Shown here piece after piece: positions 58,298 to 64,000 of a stretch of DNA of 64,000 nt. Below the pieces are notes generated by a model. The model ran no database searches. It was not told the origin of the DNA and was given only the letters and a program-made list of their open reading frames with translations. The DNA is from an uncultured Pelagibacteraceae bacterium. GTDB taxonomy: Bacteria > Pseudomonadota > Alphaproteobacteria > Pelagibacterales > Pelagibacteraceae. The position numbers and the translations under genes are program-made. Positions within the stretch are counted from its first letter, which is position 1. Each line of letters starts with the position of its first letter. The stretch is from the NCBI GenBank assembly GCA_902536975.1, contig CACAZG010000001.1:3802-67801 (forward strand), in the 5' to 3' direction.

Positions 58298-60193
58298 ATG
58301 ATGAATTTCAAAAATTTAGCAATGTGGGCCGTTATAGTCATACTGACAATAGGTCTATATAACATGTTTAAAAACCCCCAAGGATCAGTAAATCAAAAAA
58401 ATAACATAATTTTTTCTGAGTTTCTAACACAAGTTGACAATGGAAGGGTTGTTCAAGTTGAAATTCAAGGAAAGAACATAAAAGGTGTGATGTCAAATGG
58501 TGAAATGTTTAACACTTATGCACCTGATGACCCGAACTTAATACAAAAATTAAGTGACAAAGGTGTTAGTATTTCAGCAAGCCCAATAGAAGAAAAAATG
58601 CCTTCATTGTTTGGAATATTATTATCTTGGTTTCCAATGTTGCTTTTAATTGCAGTGTGGATTTTCTTTATGAGACAGATGCAAGGAGGTAAGGGTGGAG
58701 CAATGGGCTTTGGTAAATCTAAAGCGAAAATGATGAATGAGATTAAAGGAAAAGTAACTTTTAACGATGTGGCGGGTGTAGAAGAAGCTAAAGAAGAAGT
58801 CGAGGAAGTTGTAGAATTTTTAAAAGATCCTAAAAAATTTAGTCGACTTGGTGGAAAAATACCACGTGGATGCCTTTTAGTTGGCCCACCCGGAACAGGT
58901 AAAACCTTATTGGCAAGAGCTATAGCTGGAGAAGCTGGAGTTCCATTTTTTACTATATCTGGATCTGATTTTGTTGAAATGTTTGTTGGTGTTGGTGCTT
59001 CTAGAGTAAGAGATATGTTTGAACAGGGAAAAAAACATTCTCCATGTATAATATTTATAGATGAAATAGATGCTGTTGGAAGAAGCAGAGGAGCAGGACT
59101 TGGTGGTGGAAATGATGAGAGAGAACAAACACTTAATCAGTTATTAGTTGAAATGGACGGTTTTGACACTAACGAAGGTGTGATTATTATTGCTGCAACT
59201 AATAGGCCTGATGTATTAGATCCAGCGCTTTTAAGACCAGGAAGATTTGATAGACAAGTTGTAGTCTCAAACCCAGACTTAATTGGAAGAGAAAAGATTT
59301 TAAAAGTGCATGCAAAAAAAATATCAATGGCTCCAGACGTCAATCTAAGAACAGTAGCTAGAGGAACGCCAGGTTTTTCTGGAGCAGATTTAGCTAATCT
59401 TGTAAATGAAGCTGCATTACTTGCAGCGAGAAAAAATAAAAGAATTGTAACTTATCAAGAATTTGAAGAAGCAAAAGATAAAGTAATGATGGGATCTGAG
59501 AGAAGATCAATGGTAATGTCAGAAGAGGAGAAAAAATTAACTGCTTACCATGAAGCTGGACATGCAATTGTAACAATAAATGAAAAAGCAGCTTACCCTA
59601 TACACAAAGCAACTATTATACCAAGAGGTAGAGCTTTAGGTATGGTTATGCAATTACCAGAAAGAGATGAAGTCTCGCAAACAAGAGAACAGCTACATGC
59701 TCAAATGGCTATTGCAATGGGAGGTAGAGTTGCAGAAGAATTAATTTTTGGAGAAGATAAAGTAACTACAGGAGCAGCTAGTGATATAGAACAGGCAACA
59801 AAAAGAGCGAGAGCAATGGTTATGAGAGCTGGCTTAAGTAAAGAAATGGGCCCAGTTGCTTATGGTGAAAATGAAGAAGAAGTATTTTTAGGAAGATCAG
59901 TAGCCAGACAACAAAATATGTCAGAAGAAACTGCAAGGAAAGTAGACAGTGAAATAAGAAGATTTGTTGATATGGGTTATGACAGAGCAAGAAAAGTATT
60001 AACTGATAAAATTGAAGATCTGCATAAATTAGCAAAAGCTTTACTTACTTATGAAACTTTGACAGGTGCAGAGATTGAGGATTTGGTGAATAAAAATATA
60101 TATCCAAAGAATAAAGAAGATCTCAAGGTTGAAGATGATGATCAAAACTCAGCTCTTGGTTCAATGGGCTTAAAACCAAAGATAGTGCACTAA
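58298..60193 (+). CDS. ftsH: ATP-dependent zinc metalloprotease FtsH
   Basis: [41 protein letters not shown]. Confidence 0.98.
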   Translation: MMNFKNLAMWAVIVILTIGLYNMFKNPQGSVNQKNNIIFSEFLTQVDNGRVVQVEIQGKNIKGVMSNGEMFNTYAPDDPNLIQKLSDKGVSISASPIEEKMPSLFGILLSWFPMLLLIAVWIFFMRQMQGGKGGAMGFGKSKAKMMNEIKGKVTFNDVAGVEEAKEEVEEVVEFLKDPKKFSRLGGKIPRGCLLVGPPGTGKTLLARAIAGEAGVPFFTISGSDFVEMFVGVGASRVRDMFEQGKKHSPCIIFIDEIDAVGRSRGAGLGGGNDEREQTLNQLLVEMDGFDTNEGVIIIAATNRPDVLDPALLRPGRFDRQVVVSNPDLIGREKILKVHAKKISMAPDVNLRTVARGTPGFSGADLANLVNEAALLAARKNKRIVTYQEFEEAKDKVMMGSERRSMVMSEEEKKLTAYHEAGHAIVTINEKAAYPIHKATIIPRGRALGMVMQLPERDEVSQTREQLHAQMAIAMGGRVAEELIFGEDKVTTGAASDIEQATKRARAMVMRAGLSKEMGPVAYGENEEEVFLGRSVARQQNMSEETARKVDSEIRRFVDMGYDRARKVLTDKIEDLHKLAKALLTYETLTGAEIEDLVNKNIYPKNKEDLKVEDDDQNSALGSMGLKPKIVH

Positions 60194-60199
60194 GCACTA

Positions 60200-61249
60200 A
60201 TGAATAAATATTACACTAGAGCGTGTAATTTTTATTTCGGCACAATATCTAAGAAAAATATAAAAAAAAAACTAAGTATTCCTTTAAACGGTAATAGTTT
60301 AATTTCTTTTGATAAAGTAGAAATTATAAATAGAGAAAAAAATAAAATAATTAATATTAAAGATATAAATAAATTAAAAAAAAATTTAAAAATAAAAATT
60401 AAGAAAGATTTAAAAAATATAAAAAAAAAGAAAAGTTTCAAGAAATTAAATCTAACTGAAATTCCAATTTTAATGGGAATCGTCAATATAACACCAGATA
60501 GTTTTTCGGATGGTGGAAAATACAATCATAAAAATTTAGCTGTAAAGCATATTAACAATTTATTATCTAATGGTGCGAAGATAATAGATATTGGAGGGGA
60601 GTCAACAAGACCTGGGGCAAATGACATTAGCCCTACTAAAGAGTGGAATAGAATTGAGTCAGTTTTAAAAACTTTAAAAAATAAAAGTTGTTTTGTTTCA
60701 CTAGATACCAGAAAAAGTTTTGTTATGAAGAGAGCCTCTAAAATAAAGGTAGATCTTATAAATGATGTATCTGGATTAGATTATGATCCGGAGACAATAA
60801 ATTATTTAAAAAAAACAAAAAAACCTTTTGTGATACACCACATGAAAGGCACGCCAAAGAATATGCAAAATAAACCATCTTATAAAAATGTAATACTTGA
60901 TATCTATGATTTTTTTGAAACAAAACTTAAATATATTAGAAATAAAGGCATTAAACACAATAATATTATATTAGATCCGGGTATCGGATTTGGAAAAAAT
61001 TTGAAACATAATATTACTCTTTTAAAGAATATTTCTATTTTCCATTCATTAGGTCTTCCTATAATGTTGGGCTTATCTAGAAAGAGATTTATTAAGGAAA
61101 TTTCAAAAGAAAATGACACTAAAGAAAGACTTGGAGGTACAGTATCATCTTGCATACAATCATATTTACAAGGCGTACAAATTTTTAGAGTCCATAACGT
61201 CAAGGAAATTAATCAAGCATTTAAAGTATTTAAAGAATTACAAAATTAA
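60200..61249 (+). CDS. folP: Dihydropteroate synthase with N-terminal extension
   Basis: MGIVNITPDSFSDGG, IGGESTRPG, INDVS, DPGIGFGK, SRKRF, RVHNV. Confidence 0.95.
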   Translation: MNKYYTRACNFYFGTISKKNIKKKLSIPLNGNSLISFDKVEIINREKNKIINIKDINKLKKNLKIKIKKDLKNIKKKKSFKKLNLTEIPILMGIVNITPDSFSDGGKYNHKNLAVKHINNLLSNGAKIIDIGGESTRPGANDISPTKEWNRIESVLKTLKNKSCFVSLDTRKSFVMKRASKIKVDLINDVSGLDYDPETINYLKKTKKPFVIHHMKGTPKNMQNKPSYKNVILDIYDFFETKLKYIRNKGIKHNNIILDPGIGFGKNLKHNITLLKNISIFHSLGLPIMLGLSRKRFIKEISKENDTKERLGGTVSSCIQSYLQGVQIFRVHNVKEINQAFKVFKELQN

Positions 61250-61251
61250 AA

Positions 61252-62583
61252 ATGTTTAAAAAATATTTTGGAACTGATGGGATAAGAGGAAGAGTTAATG
61301 ATTCTAAAATAAATGGTGAAATGTTTTTTAAATTTGGATTAGCAGCAGGAACATATTTTAGAAATTTAAAAAAAAGTAAACAAACGGCTGTTATTGCAAA
61401 GGATACTAGGCTTTCTGGATATACACTTGAACCAGCCCTGGTATCTGGATTAGCTTCAGCAGGAATGCATATTTATACATTAGGACCACTCCCAACTAAT
61501 GGATTGGCAATGTTGACAAAAAAAATGAGAGCAAATCTGGGAATAATGATTACTGCATCTCATAATCCATATTATGATAATGGTCTAAAGTTATTTGGAC
61601 CAGATGGACTTAAATTATCTGATAAAATTGAAAAAAAAATTGAAAAATTAATTGACTCAAAGATTGCTAAAAATCTTACCAGACCAATTGAATTAGGAAG
61701 AGTAAAAAGATTGGAGGACGCAAATGACAATTACATAAAAATTCTTAAACAAAATTTTCCATCCTCATTTAGTTTAAAAGGCATCAAAATCGTTTTAGAC
61801 TGTGCTAATGGCGCAAGTTATAAGGCTGGTCCTGAGTTATTAAAATCGCTAGGTGCAAAAGTATTTAAATCTGGCACTTCTCCAAATGGATTAAATATAA
61901 ATTTCAAATCTGGGTCTACTTATCCAAAAAAAATTTGTCAAATGACAAGAAAAAAAAAGGCTCATATAGGTATTGCATTGGATGGTGATGCAGACAGAAT
62001 AATTGTATGTGATGAAAAAGGTAAAATTGTTGATGGAGATAAAATTCTTGCAATGTTAGCTGAGAGATGGAAAAGAAAAAAAATTTTAAAAGGAGGAGTA
62101 ATTGGAACGTTAATGTCAAATTATGGTTTAGAGAAATTTTTCAAAAAAAATAAGATTAAGTTTTTCAGATCAAATGTAGGAGATCGATACGTTAAAGAGA
62201 AAATGAAAAAAAAAAAATTTAATTTAGGTGGAGAACAATCAGGTCATATAATTCTTGGGAAATTTGCAACTACTGGAGATGGATTATTAGTCGCTTTAGA
62301 AATTCTTTTTTCTTTAAGAAAAAGAAAAAAAGCGAGTCAACTTTTTAATATATTCAATCCTACTCCTCAAATATTAGAAAATATTGAAGTTAAAGATAAA
62401 TCAATTATTAATAGCCCAAAATGTAAAAAAGCAATTTATAAAGCAAACAAAATTATAAAAAACAAAGGTAGAATATTAGTTAGAAAATCTGGTACTGAAC
62501 CAAAAATAAGAATTATGAGTGAGTCAGAGGACTCAAGCTTAAATAAATTATGTGTTAATATAATAAAAAAATCTATTCAATAA
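61252..62583 (+). CDS. glmM: Phosphoglucosamine mutase
   Basis: YFGTDGIRG, KDTRLSGY, ITASHNP, DGDADR, GGEQSGH, RKSGTEP. Confidence 0.96.
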   Translation: MFKKYFGTDGIRGRVNDSKINGEMFFKFGLAAGTYFRNLKKSKQTAVIAKDTRLSGYTLEPALVSGLASAGMHIYTLGPLPTNGLAMLTKKMRANLGIMITASHNPYYDNGLKLFGPDGLKLSDKIEKKIEKLIDSKIAKNLTRPIELGRVKRLEDANDNYIKILKQNFPSSFSLKGIKIVLDCANGASYKAGPELLKSLGAKVFKSGTSPNGLNINFKSGSTYPKKICQMTRKKKAHIGIALDGDADRIIVCDEKGKIVDGDKILAMLAERWKRKKILKGGVIGTLMSNYGLEKFFKKNKIKFFRSNVGDRYVKEKMKKKKFNLGGEQSGHIILGKFATTGDGLLVALEILFSLRKRKKASQLFNIFNPTPQILENIEVKDKSIINSPKCKKAIYKANKIIKNKGRILVRKSGTEPKIRIMSESEDSSLNKLCVNIIKKSIQ

Positions 62584-62584
62584 A

Positions 62585-63397
62585 TTGAAAATAAATTCTA
62601 AAATATTAATAATTGCAGGATCAGATTCTTCTGGAGGAGCTGGAATTCAAGCAGATATTAAATCTGTTACATCTCTTGGATCTTATGCAATGACAGCAAT
62701 AACAGCAGTTACAGCCCAAAATACTAAAGGCATAAACTCTATAATACCAATACCAAGTAAAGAAATTTCTAATCAGATTGAATTTACCTCAAAAGATATC
62801 AAACCAGACTCAGTAAAGATTGGTATGTTACATTCCACACAAGTTATAAAATCAGTATTAAAATCAATCAATAAGTTAAAATTAAAAAAGATAATATTAG
62901 ATCCTGTTATGGTAGCAAAAGGTGGAGCTAAGCTTATAGATGATAAAGCAGTTTTAATTTTAAAAAAAAAATTAATTAAAAAGGTGGATTTAGTCACACC
63001 GAACATTCCTGAAGCTGAAATTTTGACTGATTTGAGAATTAAATCTCTATTGGATATGAAAGATGCTGCTAAAGTATTATTAAATTTAGGTGCCAAAAAT
63101 GTATTAATAAAAGGTGGCCATTTAGAAACTAAGAACTTGAGAGATATTTTTGTAAATAAGAGAGAAGTTGCAATTTTCACTAATAAAAAAATTAAAACAA
63201 AAAATACTCATGGAACTGGATGTACATTATCAAGCGCAATTGCAACATATTATGGGTGTGGAAAAACACTAAAGAAATCTTGTGAGTTAGGAATTAGATA
63301 TGTAAACAATGCTATTGAAACAAGTCCAAACTTTGGAAAAGGAAATGGACCAATTAACCATTTGAATAGTTTTATTATAAAAAAGAAATTTAAATGA
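62585..63397 (+). CDS. thiD: Hydroxymethylpyrimidine/phosphomethylpyrimidine kinase
   Basis: [42 protein letters not shown]. Confidence 0.95.
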   Translation: MKINSKILIIAGSDSSGGAGIQADIKSVTSLGSYAMTAITAVTAQNTKGINSIIPIPSKEISNQIEFTSKDIKPDSVKIGMLHSTQVIKSVLKSINKLKLKKIILDPVMVAKGGAKLIDDKAVLILKKKLIKKVDLVTPNIPEAEILTDLRIKSLLDMKDAAKVLLNLGAKNVLIKGGHLETKNLRDIFVNKREVAIFTNKKIKTKNTHGTGCTLSSAIATYYGCGKTLKKSCELGIRYVNNAIETSPNFGKGNGPINHLNSFIIKKKFK

Positions 63398-64000
63398 AAA
63401 ATGTAGTTGTTGTAGGTTCGCAGTGGGGAGATGAAGGAAAAGGGAAAATAGTTGATTGGTTATCTAGTGAGGCGGATGTGGTTGTTAGATTTCAGGGAGG
63501 ACATAATGCGGGTCATACTTTAGTCATAGATGGTATTACTTATAAATTAAGATTGCTCCCGTCTGGTATTGTCAGAAAAAATAAAATTTCTATTATTGGA
63601 AATGGAGTTGTCGTCGATCCATGGGCTTTACTTGAAGAAATTAAAGAAGCTATATCTAAAGGTGTAGAGATTAATAAAAGTAATTTGATATTGTCTGAAG
63701 CCGCTACATTAATATTGCCATTTCATCGAGAAATGGATGAAATTAGAGAAGATACTGCTGGAAATTCTAAAATTGGAACTACAAGAAGAGGTATTGGTCC
63801 AGCTTATGAAGATAAAGTTGGAAGAAGGTCTATAAGAGTAATGGATCTTGCATCTAAAAAAAATCTTGAAAACAGACTTACGTTAGTTTTGGAACATCAT
63901 AATGCAATACGTAAAGGATTAGGTAAACCTATATATGAAAAAAATAAATTAATTGAGGACTTATTAAAAATAGCACCAAACATTTTAAAATATTCATCAC
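63394..64000 (+). CDS. purA: Adenylosuccinate synthetase, 3'-truncated by window edge (not in ORF track)
   Basis: [54 protein letters not shown]. Confidence 0.96.
   Translation, partial: MKNVVVVGSQWGDEGKGKIVDWLSSEADVVVRFQGGHNAGHTLVIDGITYKLRLLPSGIVRKNKISIIGNGVVVDPWALLEEIKEAISKGVEINKSNLILSEAATLILPFHREMDEIREDTAGNSKIGTTRRGIGPAYEDKVGRRSIRVMDLASKKNLENRLTLVLEHHNAIRKGLGKPIYEKNKLIEDLLKIAPNILKYSS

Noticed and set aside
567-63180. Short antisense or nested ORFs in the track (e.g. 4777-5124, 9454-9855, 13498-13878, 36038-36418, 45581-45952, 62773-63180)
   Set aside because: They lie within well-supported genes and have no recognisable motifs; shadow ORFs.
1-64000. CRISPR arrays, IS elements, integrases, prophage genes, riboswitches
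   Set aside because: No repeat-spacer arrays, transposase/integrase motifs or GC-rich structured leaders seen by eye; intergenic gaps are mostly too short. A covariance-model search was not possible.

Overview
Very AT-rich, streamlined alphaproteobacterial DNA whose gene content and order point to SAR11/Pelagibacterales (inferred, not searched). Left part (1-32.6 kb): end of a pabB/pabA/pabC-like operon plus a HIT gene; an organosulfur block (aprMBA, TauE exporter, suyAB-like, xsc); an accessory locus with SxtJ-like, two unannotated 49-aa DUF5989/SxtK-like peptides flanking a methyltransferase, a NodU/CmcH/SxtI carbamoyltransferase, a His-motif membrane protein and an anchored SGNH protein; a desaturase/hydrolase/TRAP/GST islet; tRNA-Met; apt and mtnP-phyH-mtnA-sulfatase; and a TRAP/FAH/extradiol dioxygenase cluster. 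At ~32,633 the dioxygenase is joined in frame to the C-terminal half of a radical SAM/SPASM gene, probably a chimeric or deletion junction into the tail of the hypervariable region upstream of a stand-alone 5S rRNA. Right part (35.4-64 kb) is mostly core genome: 5S-rpmJ-pntA1A2B-tal, tRNA-fMet/rpsU, rpmE, suhB, efp, thiE, fba-pgk-gap-tkt, zapA-ygfA-ymdB-yebC, a MOC1/phage-type RuvC, tol-pal, tilS, ftsH, folP, glmM, thiD, purA. Top hypothesis: the DUF5989 peptides end in FIYxxF like the DltX acyl-shuttle motif, which suggests a trans-membrane carbamoyl relay for cell-envelope modification. Other highlights are a MOC1-like resolvase in place of ruvCAB, a probable AUU start codon for rpsU, and a HIT hydrolase beside an apr locus that has no sat gene. 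All product calls come from motif recognition, not database searches.
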